This document shows positions 50,000 to 59,807 of a stretch of DNA of 64,000 bases, one piece after another (position 1 is the stretch's first letter; each line of letters begins with the position of its first letter). The DNA lies in the NCBI GenBank assembly GCA_964475205.1, contig CAYYVQ010000005.1, positions 6,158 through 70,157 of the forward strand, written 5' to 3'. The notes under the pieces are model-generated. The model had not been told where the DNA came from, did not search any database, and saw nothing but the letters and a program-made list of their open reading frames with translations. The translations under genes were made by a program, and so were the position numbers. Origin of the DNA: an uncultured Victivallales bacterium (lineage in GTDB: Bacteria > Verrucomicrobiota > Kiritimatiellia > UBA8416 > CAYSRM01).

Positions 50000-50227
50000 A
50001 ACAGTCCTCCATTTTCTTCATGCGTTTTTTTTCAATTCACCAGACTGGCGAATTGTTCCAGAAAAAATGTCTCATGAAACGTCAAAGTAAATCAATGATC
50101 ATTTTCCTTATATACGCCGGCGGATTCCCTTAGCGGGTAGCGCCACTGCGAGGGCACGAATCGGCAAAAGGCCGTTAAGATATGACTTTTTCTTTTTTTT
50201 GTATAGAATCTCCATTAACCTTAACCT

Positions 50228-50291
50228 CAGTTATACAACCGGAGAAGGGACAACCACCAATGACCTTCCGAACTCCGGGGATCCCGGGAGT
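50228..50291 (+). ncRNA. conserved ~60-nt structured motif (copy B) in the 5' leader of the aldo/keto reductase gene
   Basis: CCGGAG-[AAGGGACAACCACCAATGACCTTCCGAA]-CTCCGG GGATCCCGGGAGTCG. Matches 30551-30608. Confidence 0.35.
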
Positions 50292-50312
50292 CGGGACACT
50301 GATAAAGGAGGT

Positions 50313-50357
50313 AATGGAATGGGCCGGTCCAAAAAATCCGTTTCATCCAAACGAATA
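50313..50357 (+). promoter_or_regulatory. 14-codon upstream ORF (MEWAGPKNPFHPNE) with its own AAGGAGGT SD, between the conserved motif and the AKR start codon
   Basis: Read directly. A second strong SD (CAGGAGGAAAG) precedes the main ATG. Confidence 0.3.
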
Positions 50358-50374
50358 ACAGGAGGAAAGAACCA

Positions 50375-51334
50375 ATGCGTTACAGAAGACTTGGCATAGC
50401 CGGAATCAAAGTTTCCGAAGTTTCACTGGGTTCATGGCGGACTTTCGGAAAATCAGTTGATCAGGAGACCACGGAAGCCTGCATGGTTGAGGCATATGAA
50501 AACGGAGTAAACTATTTTGACGGCGCCGAAATTTATGCCCTGGGCGCGGCCGAGCAAGCGATGGGAAAAGTCTTCCGGAAACAGAAGTGGGCCAGGGACA
50601 CCCTGGTAATCAGCAGCAAGGTCAACAAAATCGGCGATAAACCTAACCAGGGCGGTCTGTCCAGAAAACATCTGGTCGAGGAGTGCGATGCTGCCCTTAT
50701 GCGCATGGGGCTCGATTACCTGGACCTGTTTTTCTGTCACCGGCCAGACCCTGAAACTCCGATGGAAGAGACGGTGGCTGCCATGGACGAGCTTATAAAG
50801 CGGGGCAAAATATTATACTGGGGAACAAGCAATTTTTCGGAGGGTGAAATCATGGAGTTATTCGGCATTGCGGAGGCCGGCAACTATCAGCCTCCGACTA
50901 TGGAGCAACCGAAGTATAACATGTTACACCGGGATGGCGTTGAAAAGGAACTTGCCCGTCCGGTTCAGAAGAAAGGCCTCGGGTTAACGGTGTTTTCCCC
51001 TTTACAGGTAGGGTTCCTGAGCGGCAAGTACAACAATGGTATTCCTGAGGACAGCCACTTTGGCAGGATGGATCCGGAAAGGCGTAAGAAGTTTATTAGT
51101 GAAGAGAAACTTGAAAAATGCCGGAAACTTGGGGATGTTGCAAGGGACCTTGGCATGGCCCAGGCAAGCCTTGCGCTGGCATGGTGCCTGAAGAACAAAG
51201 CAGTAAGCACGGTGCTCACCGGAGCCTCGAAGCCCGAGCAGGTTAAACAGAACGTCAAGGCTTCGGAAGATGCCGATCTTCTTACCGAGGATGTAATGGG
51301 TAGGATCGAACAGATTTTATCATACTCACCCTGA
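50375..51334 (+). CDS. aldo/keto reductase (Kv-beta-subunit-like)
   Basis: AKR family motifs (NYFDGAEIYALG, GTSNFS). Confidence 0.85.
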   Translation: MRYRRLGIAGIKVSEVSLGSWRTFGKSVDQETTEACMVEAYENGVNYFDGAEIYALGAAEQAMGKVFRKQKWARDTLVISSKVNKIGDKPNQGGLSRKHLVEECDAALMRMGLDYLDLFFCHRPDPETPMEETVAAMDELIKRGKILYWGTSNFSEGEIMELFGIAEAGNYQPPTMEQPKYNMLHRDGVEKELARPVQKKGLGLTVFSPLQVGFLSGKYNNGIPEDSHFGRMDPERRKKFISEEKLEKCRKLGDVARDLGMAQASLALAWCLKNKAVSTVLTGASKPEQVKQNVKASEDADLLTEDVMGRIEQILSYSP

Positions 51335-51372
51335 AGCGATCCTGGATCGCAACCGACGGGCTCTGTTCGATT

Positions 51373-51936
51373 CTACACGGCCATTATCTCTTTTTCCTTG
51401 GATTCGAGTAGATTGTCGATTTCCTTAATGTGATTGTCGGTTGCTTTCTGGATGTCTTCAAGGCATTGGGAGCACTCGTCTTCGCTGATCTTACTCTCTT
51501 TCTGGAGCTTTTTCGCCTCATCGTTGGCTTCGCGCCTGACATTCCTGATGGCTACCCTGCTTTCTTCTGCTACTCTCTTGGCTACCTTGACCAGTTCTTT
51601 TCTTCGTTCTTCGCTAAGCTCCGGGAAGGGGACCCTTATGACTTTTCCGTCATTGACAGGTGTGACTCCCAGGTTGGCTGCCAGAATAGCTTTTTCAACT
51701 GATCCCAGAATAGTGGGATCATACGGGCTTATTACGATGAGTCTGGGCTCAGGCGTCGATATGCCTGCAAGCTCTCTGATTCTGGTCTGGGTTCCGTAAT
51801 AGTCAACCTGGATATTCTCGACCAGCGCAGGCGAGGCTTTGCCGGTGCGTATTCCCTGGAACTGTTCGTGTAAAAGCGCTTCCGTTTTATCCATTTTATC
51901 TTTTGCTTCTTTGAGAATCTCTACTGGAGTCTCCAT
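51373..51936 (-). CDS. frr: ribosome-recycling factor
   Basis: Full-length Frr homology (DYYGTQTRIRELAGISTPEPRLIVISPYD...). Confidence 0.9.
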   Translation of the reverse strand: METPVEILKEAKDKMDKTEALLHEQFQGIRTGKASPALVENIQVDYYGTQTRIRELAGISTPEPRLIVISPYDPTILGSVEKAILAANLGVTPVNDGKVIRVPFPELSEERRKELVKVAKRVAEESRVAIRNVRREANDEAKKLQKESKISEDECSQCLEDIQKATDNHIKEIDNLLESKEKEIMAV

Positions 51937-51937
51937 G

Positions 51938-52690
51938 TTATTCCTCCTTTCCGGCCTGGCCGGATACTACTGTTCCAAGTGAGTCGCCGCAGACAACTCT
52001 TTCCAGGCTGTTAGGCTGGAAAAAGTCAAAAACAACGATAGGTATTTTATTTTCCATGCAAAGCGAAAAAGCGGAACCGTCCATGACTTTCAATGATTTC
52101 TGGAGGGCTTCGCTATAGGTGATCTGTGTGTATTTCCTGGCAAGGGGATCCTTGACCGGGTCTGAGGAGTATACCCCGTCCACCTTAGTGGCTTTCAGAA
52201 GAACATCGGCCTTAATTTCGCTGGCTCTCAGAGCTGCCGCGCTGTCTGTGCTGAAATACGGATTGCCTGTACCGCCGGCAAAAACCAGAACCCGTCCCTT
52301 TGCAAAGTGCCTGAGAGCCCGTCGCAGGATGAAAGGTTCGGCAACCTTGTTCATTTCAATGGCGGTCAGAACTCTTGTTTGCAGTCCCGTTTTCTCGATT
52401 GCATTCTGTAGAGCCAGGGCATTGATAGTTGTAGCCAGCATGCCCATGTAGTCGCCGGTGATGCGGTCGAAGCCGCTGGCTTCTCCGCTGAGTCCCCGGA
52501 AGATATTACCCCCGCCAACGACAATTGAGATTTCCACGCCCATTTCACTGACATGTTTGATCCTGGCGGCTATTTCGCCGGTGACATCATGATCAAGGCT
52601 CACTCTCTTTTCCTTGTCCTGGAGTGTTTCTCCGCTGAGCTTCAAAAGGATCCTTCTGTATTTGGGGCGTTTCTGAGATGTTCCAGTCAT
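51938..52690 (-). CDS. pyrH: UMP kinase
   Basis: ILLKLSGE, VVGGGNIFRG and other PyrH motifs. Immediately upstream of frr, as in the conserved pyrH-frr pair. Confidence 0.9.
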   Translation of the reverse strand: MTGTSQKRPKYRRILLKLSGETLQDKEKRVSLDHDVTGEIAARIKHVSEMGVEISIVVGGGNIFRGLSGEASGFDRITGDYMGMLATTINALALQNAIEKTGLQTRVLTAIEMNKVAEPFILRRALRHFAKGRVLVFAGGTGNPYFSTDSAAALRASEIKADVLLKATKVDGVYSSDPVKDPLARKYTQITYSEALQKSLKVMDGSAFSLCMENKIPIVVFDFFQPNSLERVVCGDSLGTVVSGQAGKEE

Positions 52691-52936
52691 TGTGAGTAAG
52701 CTTTCCTTTTTGGAGCATTATACTATCCCGAAAAAACAATGCCAGTAAATATCAAAAACCGTATAATTTAACCTGAATTGACCTGGATCATTTGCAACAC
52801 GCGAATAATTTACCCCTTGGAGGCCGCCGCTAACCCCATAATAACCTTGCCGCTGAAGAGGTAGAGCGGGTATCTTGAGTTGAATCGGACCAAAAAATGA
52901 CAGTAGCATTTGGTTGGAACTACTGGAGCTTATAAT

Positions 52937-53425
52937 ATGAGATTGCACGAGTCCAAGATAGTTGACAATGAAAGGCTGACAAAACTTCGGGATGGATGGC
53001 TGAGAGAAGGAAAGACTGTTGTATTTACCAACGGTTGTTTTGATATTCTACATGCTGGCCACCTGGAATATCTTGAGTTTGCCCGGAAACAGGGTGATAT
53101 ACTTATTGTCGGACTTAACTGCGACGATTCAATAAGGCGCACAAAGGGTGTTGAGAGGCCGGTTGTTACCGAAGACCAGAGAGCAAAGATAGTTGCCGGG
53201 TTGGAATGTGTAGATTACGTAACAATCTTTTGCGAAGACGAACCCGCAGATCTCATAAAGAAGATCAAGCCCGATGTTCTGGTCAAGGGAGAAGACTGGG
53301 CGCATTATGTGAGTGGCAGAGAGACAGTGGAGAGTCGTGGAGGCAGGGTAGTGCTGGCGCGGCTGACCCCGGGGCTGTCTACAAGCAATCTGATAAAGCG
53401 AATCCGGGAAATTGATGGAGGCTGA
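52937..53425 (+). CDS. D-glycero-beta-D-manno-heptose 1-phosphate adenylyltransferase (RfaE domain II-type cytidylyltransferase)
   Basis: FTNGCFDILHAGH nucleotidyltransferase motif. Confidence 0.8.
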   Translation: MRLHESKIVDNERLTKLRDGWLREGKTVVFTNGCFDILHAGHLEYLEFARKQGDILIVGLNCDDSIRRTKGVERPVVTEDQRAKIVAGLECVDYVTIFCEDEPADLIKKIKPDVLVKGEDWAHYVSGRETVESRGGRVVLARLTPGLSTSNLIKRIREIDGG

Positions 53426-53430
53426 CGAAT

Positions 53431-54408
53431 ATGGCTGAAAGTTTTGTTGTTACAGGCGGGGCCGGTTTTATCGGGTCCAATATCGTCGGGGAGCTGAACC
53501 GCAGAGGCCACGAGGATATAGTTATTGTCGACCGTCTGGATTCGGGAATAAAATCCGCATATCTTGAATCGTTGAGTTATTCCAGATACTTTGACAAAGA
53601 CGAATTCCGCCGCCTCTTCAGGAACAGGCAACTTGAACGGGTTGACACGGTTTTTCATATGGGCGCATGCAGTTCGACCACCGAGACCGACGAAGATTAC
53701 CTCAATGACAACAATTATCTTTACAGCCGCGAGCTGTGCGAGTGGTGCCTTGAAAATGATGCCCGGTTTGTTTATGCTTCAAGCGCCGCAACTTACGGGG
53801 ATGGATCCAGGGGTTATTGCGATTCTCACGACGGCTTGGAGGAGCTGGTGCCGCTCAATCCGTACGGAAGGTCGAAACATATTTTTGATCTCTGGGCTTT
53901 GAAGAGCGGGCTGCTCGACCAGATTGCCGGGTTGAAGTATTTTAACGTTTTCGGTCCCAGGGAAGACCACAAAGGGGACATGAGGTCCGTGGTCAACAAG
54001 GCATACGGCCAGGTGCTCAGAGATGGCGAAATCAGGCTGTTTCGCTCGCACAGGCCTGACTACAGGGACGGGGAACAGAAGAGAGATTTTGTTTATGTCA
54101 ATGATGCTGTAAAGGCGACTTTGTTCTTTCACGACAATCCTGAAAAAAACGGCATTTTCAATTGTGGCACAGGAGAAGCCAGAACATGGCTGGATCTTGC
54201 GCTGGCGGTTTTCTCCGCGATGGACAGAAAGTCTGCGATTACGTTTATAGATATGCCTCCGGAGATAAGGGAGAAGTACCAGTATTTTACGCAGGCCAAC
54301 ATGCATAAGTTGCGCGAGGCGGGATACCGTGAACAATTCTATACAATTGAAGAAGGAGTCAATGAATATGTCAGAGACTATTTGCAGAAGAACATGCAGT
54401 CAGCATAG
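53431..54408 (+). CDS. hldD: ADP-L-glycero-D-manno-heptose 6-epimerase
   Basis: VTGGAGFIGSN Rossmann motif and the HldD/RfaD family length and motifs. Confidence 0.85.
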   Translation: MAESFVVTGGAGFIGSNIVGELNRRGHEDIVIVDRLDSGIKSAYLESLSYSRYFDKDEFRRLFRNRQLERVDTVFHMGACSSTTETDEDYLNDNNYLYSRELCEWCLENDARFVYASSAATYGDGSRGYCDSHDGLEELVPLNPYGRSKHIFDLWALKSGLLDQIAGLKYFNVFGPREDHKGDMRSVVNKAYGQVLRDGEIRLFRSHRPDYRDGEQKRDFVYVNDAVKATLFFHDNPEKNGIFNCGTGEARTWLDLALAVFSAMDRKSAITFIDMPPEIREKYQYFTQANMHKLREAGYREQFYTIEEGVNEYVRDYLQKNMQSA

Positions 54409-54724
54409 CTTCCTTTTGTTTTTTGCCCTTGCGCTTCTTTTCCTTGCCGGTTGTGTGTCGCCGGTAATAGATCCTGACGGCACGGCCAGGATTGCCGTCG
54501 AATCTGATGGCAGCATAAGTATCGGGGGTCAGAAGGAATCTCTTCGGGAAGCGCCGGGGACCTTGAAATCGCTCGGGGCCACTCGAAGTACGTTGATTAT
54601 TATCGTGGGCCGCCGCAATGCCCCGTTGAGAGCAATGAAAATGCTTTATCGTGAGCTGGTCAGATCGGGGTTTCCAAAAGTAGTGTTGCGCAAGCCTCTG
54701 GAAGCGTCCGTTTCCAAGGAATAA
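54368..54724 (+). CDS. small lipoprotein, possibly ExbD/TolR-like at its C-terminus
   Basis: Signal peptide with lipobox LAGC. Overlaps the hldD 3' end. Confidence 0.4.
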   Translation: MSETICRRTCSQHSFLLFFALALLFLAGCVSPVIDPDGTARIAVESDGSISIGGQKESLREAPGTLKSLGATRSTLIIIVGRRNAPLRAMKMLYRELVRSGFPKVVLRKPLEASVSKE

Positions 54725-54881
54725 CTGTTTCTGGGCGCAAGATACCCGGCGAATCAATACCTGGCAGGGAATATTGCAGGCATTGACATAGGCAAGGTGA
54801 CATATGAAGAGTTGCTTGATCTTAATAGAAAAATTGTTGAGAGACTGAATTTTACGATTATATGCGTGTCCATGCTGAGAT

Positions 54882-54917
54882 GATGAACTTCAGTGTAGGC
54901 GAAAATGTGAAGTTCAT
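54882..54917. repeat. perfect 10-bp-stem hairpin ATGAACTTCA-N16-TGAAGTTCAT next to the RAYT pseudogene
   Basis: Read directly. Confidence 0.6.
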
Positions 54918-54986
54918 TACTTCCTGAGGACAGGAAAAAATTTGTCCGCTTTCTTCAGCCCTCGTGACTCCGCGCTATTCTGACTC

Positions 54987-55370
54987 TTATTCAGTTGCAT
55001 GGCGCTGGTCCGTATAGGATTCAAATGCAGGTACGCTGGCCAACAGCAACCATGATCCTGTTCCGTCTATGAGTTTACTCTTGAATCTACCCTGGAAAAC
55101 ATGACCGATCCTGTTGCGCTTTGCTTTGAACCACGCGCTGTAGCTGACATTCAGCCACTGAATTGACTGGCTGGCATTGGCATAGGGAGTTTGGATTATC
55201 AGGTGATAATGGTTGCAGAGAAGCACATAGGAATGAACACTCACGCTATATCGCTCTGTCATTTCCTCGAGCAATTCCAGAAAGTGTTCATAGTAACGAT
55301 TGGTAAAGAATATTTTCTTACGTTCTATGCCCCGGGACGTAACATGATACTAGCCCTGCCCTTTACCCAT
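54987..55370 (-). pseudogene. RAYT/IS200-like HUH transposase pseudogene (in-frame TAG at codon 7, C-terminal half missing)
   Basis: ATG-GGT-AAA-GGG-CAG-GGC-TAG then YHVTSRGIERKKIFF...CNHYHLII...HVFQGRFKSKLID, the canonical RAYT N-terminus with the HUH motif. No Y-x-x-x-N-P tyrosine region downstream. Confidence 0.55.
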
Positions 55371-55572
55371 AAATACTGACAGGGCTCACGCCCTTTCATT
55401 TCCTTGGATCGTTGGAAGCAGGTCGGTTAAGCGTATCCAAGTAAGGGTGGCGGTTAAGAAAGCGACTAAGCGTACGATCAGGTGCGCGCTTCGCTCTCAC
55501 ACTTAAACCTACACTTCACCGCACACGTAAGCTCACACTTACTTATTTACACCTAAACGAACTGCTTAGCCT

Positions 55573-55739
55573 TATCTATTCATCAACTTCGTAATGAGAG
55601 TGCGCAGGTTGCTTTAGATCAATGGCTTTGCGCAGATAGCCGGGTGAAGGCGTATGAACATACGTCAAGATCGGCTGGCCAGCAAAGTCGTTGAGATTAA
55701 GTGACATGCACACTCGTAATAGGTTTTTATGAATAGATC
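55573..55739. repeat. MITE family D copy 2
   Basis: See 36769-36931. Confidence 0.7.
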
Positions 55740-55948
55740 AGGCTAGCCATCCCCAACATCTACTCTCAACGGTCTTGCCATAAATGCACTCTCCCATATT
55801 ACCAACACTCCGTCCAGTGTGAAATGTGAAGACGTGACCCTGTTTGACCCTGTTTGACTCGAAAAATCCGGGTCACCCCGGGGGCGGGGCTAATGGATGG
55901 CCCCAGTCTCGGATGGGGTAAAAAATGGAAGTACCTTCGGGTTTTCGC

Positions 55949-57028
55949 TCACATTCTCAGCAGTACAGCCCCGCTGCTGAAACCGCCTCCTACAGCGCTT
56001 AAAAGGACAATATCGCCCTTTGTTATCCGGCCATCGCGGACGGCCTCACCCAAAGCAATGGGCACAGAGGCCGATGACGTATTCCCGACCCGATCCACGT
56101 TTACCACGACTTTCTCCATGGGACATCCCAAAACTTGAGCAATATTTTCGATAATCCGAATGTTGGCTTGGTGTGGAATCAGCCAGTCCACGTCCCCTAT
56201 ATCCAGACCTGTCTTTTGGAGCACGTCCCGGCTTGCCCGGGTAACGCCCTGGATGGCCACCTTGAAAACTATCTTGCCGTCCATCTTGATTACCCTGCCT
56301 TCAGCAGCCCTCAGCGTCGTTCTACCCACTGTCCCTGATCCTTCACACTGAAGAATGTCGGTGTACTGCCCCTGAGAGTACAGACTGACACCAAGCACTC
56401 CTGAGCGCGTATCAGCGCCTTCGGGCTTCTTGCGTTCCAGAACAACGGCGCCGGCGCCGTCCCCGAATAACACGCATGTTGTTCGATCCTGAAAATCAAG
56501 AATGGAAGAATATATCTCGGCGCCAATAACAAGAGCGTTCCTTGCGAACCCGGCCTGGATATGGGCATATGCTGAACTCAACGCAAAAATAAAACCACTG
56601 CAAGCGGCGCTGATGTCGTACGCATAGGCATTTTCCGCGCCGATCCTGCGTTGTACAAAATTGGCAGTGGCCGGCAGTCGCATGTCCGGCGTATTGGTGG
56701 CGAGAACAATGGCGTCAAGACCTGCAGGTGCAATCCCGGCTGCATTCAGAGCCTTGAGGCCGGCATCCGAGGCATAGTCCGATGTCCGGTCTGTTGTGTC
56801 GGCAAACCGCCGTTCGTGAATTCCCGTTCTTTTCCGGATCCATTCATCAGAAGTGTCCACCATCTTCTCAAATTCGGTGTTGGGAACCACGCGCTCTGGA
56901 AGCGCGTATCCCGTCCCTACCAAGCGTGTCTCAAATTGTTCCACCGCCGCCTCCTCTGCTTTTTCCAGGGCAGAATGCTTTCGGGCCGTGTCCCGTATCT
57001 TCTGGCCGTTTTGTTGAATTAGTGTCAT
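55949..57028 (-). CDS. fabH: 3-oxoacyl-ACP synthase III (KAS III) with a ~30-aa N-terminal extension, stand-alone (no other fab genes nearby)
   Basis: Active-site Cys context DISAACSGF, HQAN and N...S family motifs. Confidence 0.85.
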   Translation of the reverse strand: MTLIQQNGQKIRDTARKHSALEKAEEAAVEQFETRLVGTGYALPERVVPNTEFEKMVDTSDEWIRKRTGIHERRFADTTDRTSDYASDAGLKALNAAGIAPAGLDAIVLATNTPDMRLPATANFVQRRIGAENAYAYDISAACSGFIFALSSAYAHIQAGFARNALVIGAEIYSSILDFQDRTTCVLFGDGAGAVVLERKKPEGADTRSGVLGVSLYSQGQYTDILQCEGSGTVGRTTLRAAEGRVIKMDGKIVFKVAIQGVTRASRDVLQKTGLDIGDVDWLIPHQANIRIIENIAQVLGCPMEKVVVNVDRVGNTSSASVPIALGEAVRDGRITKGDIVLLSAVGGGFSSGAVLLRM

Positions 57029-57203
57029 TTACAATTCCTCTCTATCACTAAATGCTTTTGTCGTCGCAAACTCCCTTTGCCACATAAGTATCCAATATGT
57101 TCGTTACCAGGTGTAACAGAAGCGAGTTTTACTCCTGAGAAATAGGGACATACAATTTATCATCACTTGCTGCCATCGCGCAAGTGGTCCAGGATTCCGA
57201 GCA

Positions 57204-57396
57204 GCAATTCTCATTATGGCCTCTTTCCGCCAAAACCTATTCGTATGACGATGTGCGGGTAGTAGCGCGGGCTTCACCGAAGCCCAGCGCTGTTGGGGCC
57301 TCGGCTTCGGTGAAGCCGGGCCTACTCGCGCATGGCTGCAATATCGTGGCGGAACTCTGGCCCACGTCAAACGTGACAAAATGGCCATAATTATTG
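57204..57396. repeat. MITE family C copy 2 (right TIR partly degraded)
   Basis: See 20224-20416. Confidence 0.7.
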
Positions 57397-57556
57397 CTGG
57401 ATTCCGAGTTTGAGAAACACTGGTGCGAAGCCAGAAACGAACAGGCTATGGGCGATGCAATACATCTGACGGAAAGACGGCGTTCGGGCGAAAATAGTCA
57501 GTAGTCTCAGCCCCTGCGTTTAGCCTGTCAAATAAGTCAGTCAAAAGAGTATAGCA

Positions 57557-58531
57557 TTATATAGTCTGAGGCTCCATAACTGTGCCAGTCGAGGATATTC
57601 CAGGTTTTCTTTCAGATGCTTCGGGTTCCACTTTTCTTGCCTCTTTTTCCGAATCATGTAGCCGTTTCAGGCTTGGATAACGCCTGAAAGCCATAAACCT
57701 CATCAGACGGTCGCGAAGCCGAACGCGGCCGAATGGCGCCCATCCGCGATAGTAGCTGTGTCCGTAAGGATCGAAGTAGAAGTTATAAGGAACAGCTTTG
57801 ATCCCGGGCCTCTTGAGAAGCACACGAAGCGCTTCTGTTGCGATTATACCCGAAGACATCAGTATGGCCGATATAAGAGCAGGGCCCTTCTCCTTTTCAA
57901 AATCAACCGATGATGTGTCCATCTGCTTGGGATTAGGCAGCTTTGGAAGAATGCCGATCGCGAAGGCTATAATGCGCTCGGCACGTGTCATGCCGGGCTT
58001 GATGCCAAAGTACTGTTCAAACGTCATTCCTTTCGGGTCAAATATCTGAACAGAAGACCCGTATCCAATCGGTCCGGCGGTTATTGCGAAAATCCCTTTC
58101 TCCCGCGCCTTCTGAAAGATAAGTATTCGCGCGTCAACCTGGAAAAAGTCCACACCGTCAAGATAGATATCCGCTTTATCAAGGAACGAATCCACATTAT
58201 TCTCTCCGATGGCTTCAGAGATCACGGTTAATTCCACTTCGGGATTGATCTGGCGCGTCATCTCAGCCATGACTTCGGCTTTGCCGCGACCAATGGTGTT
58301 CACAAAGGCGCCGGCCTGGCGATGGAGATTCAGCGGCTCATAAATGTCAGGATCAGCAATAATGAACTTGCCGATCCCCATGCGGGCCAGAGTAAGCAGG
58401 TGATGACCGCCAACAGCGCCCATACCGGCTATGGCAACCGTGGCATTACGCAGTTTTTCCTGCTCTTCGCGCGCAATCAGCCCGATATTCCTGGAAACAG
58501 CTTCTTCTCTCAATTCCTTAGTCCAGATCAT
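57557..58531 (-). CDS. ThiF/MoeB/HesA family E1-like adenylyltransferase (no rhodanese or zinc-finger extension)
   Basis: IAGMGAVGGHHLLTLARMGIGKFIIADPD nucleotide-binding motif. Confidence 0.8.
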   Translation of the reverse strand: MIWTKELREEAVSRNIGLIAREEQEKLRNATVAIAGMGAVGGHHLLTLARMGIGKFIIADPDIYEPLNLHRQAGAFVNTIGRGKAEVMAEMTRQINPEVELTVISEAIGENNVDSFLDKADIYLDGVDFFQVDARILIFQKAREKGIFAITAGPIGYGSSVQIFDPKGMTFEQYFGIKPGMTRAERIIAFAIGILPKLPNPKQMDTSSVDFEKEKGPALISAILMSSGIIATEALRVLLKRPGIKAVPYNFYFDPYGHSYYRGWAPFGRVRLRDRLMRFMAFRRYPSLKRLHDSEKEARKVEPEASERKPGISSTGTVMEPQTI

Positions 58532-58549
58532 TTGTTGCCCCTTTCTTAT

Positions 58550-58600
58550 TGAAAAATTCGTATCTTCACCCTTATATGGTCAAAAAACGTCAAGTGTCAC
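58550..58600 (-). promoter_or_regulatory. conserved promoter-like motif copy 1 (minus strand: T-rich, GTGACA-N17/18-TATAAG, GGGTGAAGA.ACG.AATTTTCA), ~35 nt upstream of the ThiF-family start
   Basis: Three-way alignment with 60821-60872 and 63199-63240. Confidence 0.55.
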
Positions 58601-58662
58601 AAAAAAAAATCGATGAACCCAGGTCGTTAACCCGGACGGCAGACGCCGACCGCTCGCCTGCT

Positions 58663-59478
58663 CTACGCATGGGCATCGCTTTCCGGCCCAAAGCCAGGGG
58701 TGACTGCCGAACATGTTATTGCAATTGCTGAAACCCCGGCCGGATACAGTATATTTCTCTCGATGGTTTCCGAAATCGGCATGCTCAGGCCCATGTCTTC
58801 AACCATGTCTTGTATTTGGCGCAAAGAGTAGGATCGACGGCAGGAAACTAAACCATCCCAGAAAAACATAAGAGAAAACAAAGGCACGACATACGTGAAC
58901 AGCATCATCGTTGGCCAATCCCGGCGCCGTGCGACAAAAGGCAAGGTCAGCAATATGGTCAATGGCCCGACCAGCATGGAAATGAAACTCAACAGCGTGT
59001 TTCGAACATATTCCAGAATAAAAATGTCACGTCCCCGGCTGCAACTGTTTCTTATGATCTGTTTCGCTTGATCGACGTCAAAGTGGTGAAAGGAGTTGAT
59101 AAAAATCATCGGACAGGAATATTCCCCGTTGTCGGCCATGGCATCGACGGGTTTGGAAACATAGCGAATCTGTTGGTCCTTGTTTCGGTTGATTTTTTCA
59201 CACCATTCAGGATTCGGCCTGATATCGCTAAGAAGAAACCTTGTCTTTGCGTACGTCTCCCTTTTCAGATGCGAGACAATCAGTCTCAAAGGTTCACCCG
59301 ATCCAGAACCGTATTCCATCAAGGTATCCGATTTTGTTTCGCGAATGAAATTCGACAACGGCTTGACCCATAGTTTGTAGTATCCGAACCATTTGTAGCA
59401 CAGCACAAGATACCTGTGCAGATACACGCGATACCAGACAGGCGATCCGGGCCAGTCGCCAAACTCGAAAAGTTTCAT
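58663..59478 (-). CDS. class I SAM-dependent methyltransferase with C-terminal transmembrane segments
   Basis: Motif I LMEYGSGSGEPL. Start moved to MKLFEF (59478) because the ORF-track N-terminus lies inside MITE E. Confidence 0.6.
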   Translation of the reverse strand: MKLFEFGDWPGSPVWYRVYLHRYLVLCYKWFGYYKLWVKPLSNFIRETKSDTLMEYGSGSGEPLRLIVSHLKRETYAKTRFLLSDIRPNPEWCEKINRNKDQQIRYVSKPVDAMADNGEYSCPMIFINSFHHFDVDQAKQIIRNSCSRGRDIFILEYVRNTLLSFISMLVGPLTILLTLPFVARRRDWPTMMLFTYVVPLFSLMFFWDGLVSCRRSYSLRQIQDMVEDMGLSMPISETIERNILYPAGVSAIAITCSAVTPGFGPESDAHA

Positions 59479-59510
59479 CTTCGCCCCCGTAAACAGCTCA
59501 CGGCGGTTTA

Positions 59511-59745
59511 AACCTAGAAACGGCAGTTGCCGAGTTTGCTGTAGCTGCAAGGCGTGAGGTTTTCGGCTATAGTAACTATGCCGAAGACCTCAGAACGAAG
59601 CAGATGCAGTGAAATCGGCAACCCCTTGCGGCTTGAAATTCGGGAAGCTCGCCCGCACCCTTTGGGTGGGGGCGCAATAAATTGTAAACTCCTTATTTGT
59701 AATAATATACATCGCTTCCCGAATTTCAAGTGCCGTATATAGGTT
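59511..59745. repeat. MITE family E copy 2 (inverted relative to copy 1)
   Basis: See 16050-16284. Confidence 0.7.
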
Positions 59746-59807
59746 AAAAGCTTCCGACCTATTGTTATTCAGAGCTTGCAGGGGAATCTCAGCAAAGCGT
59801 CCCCGGA

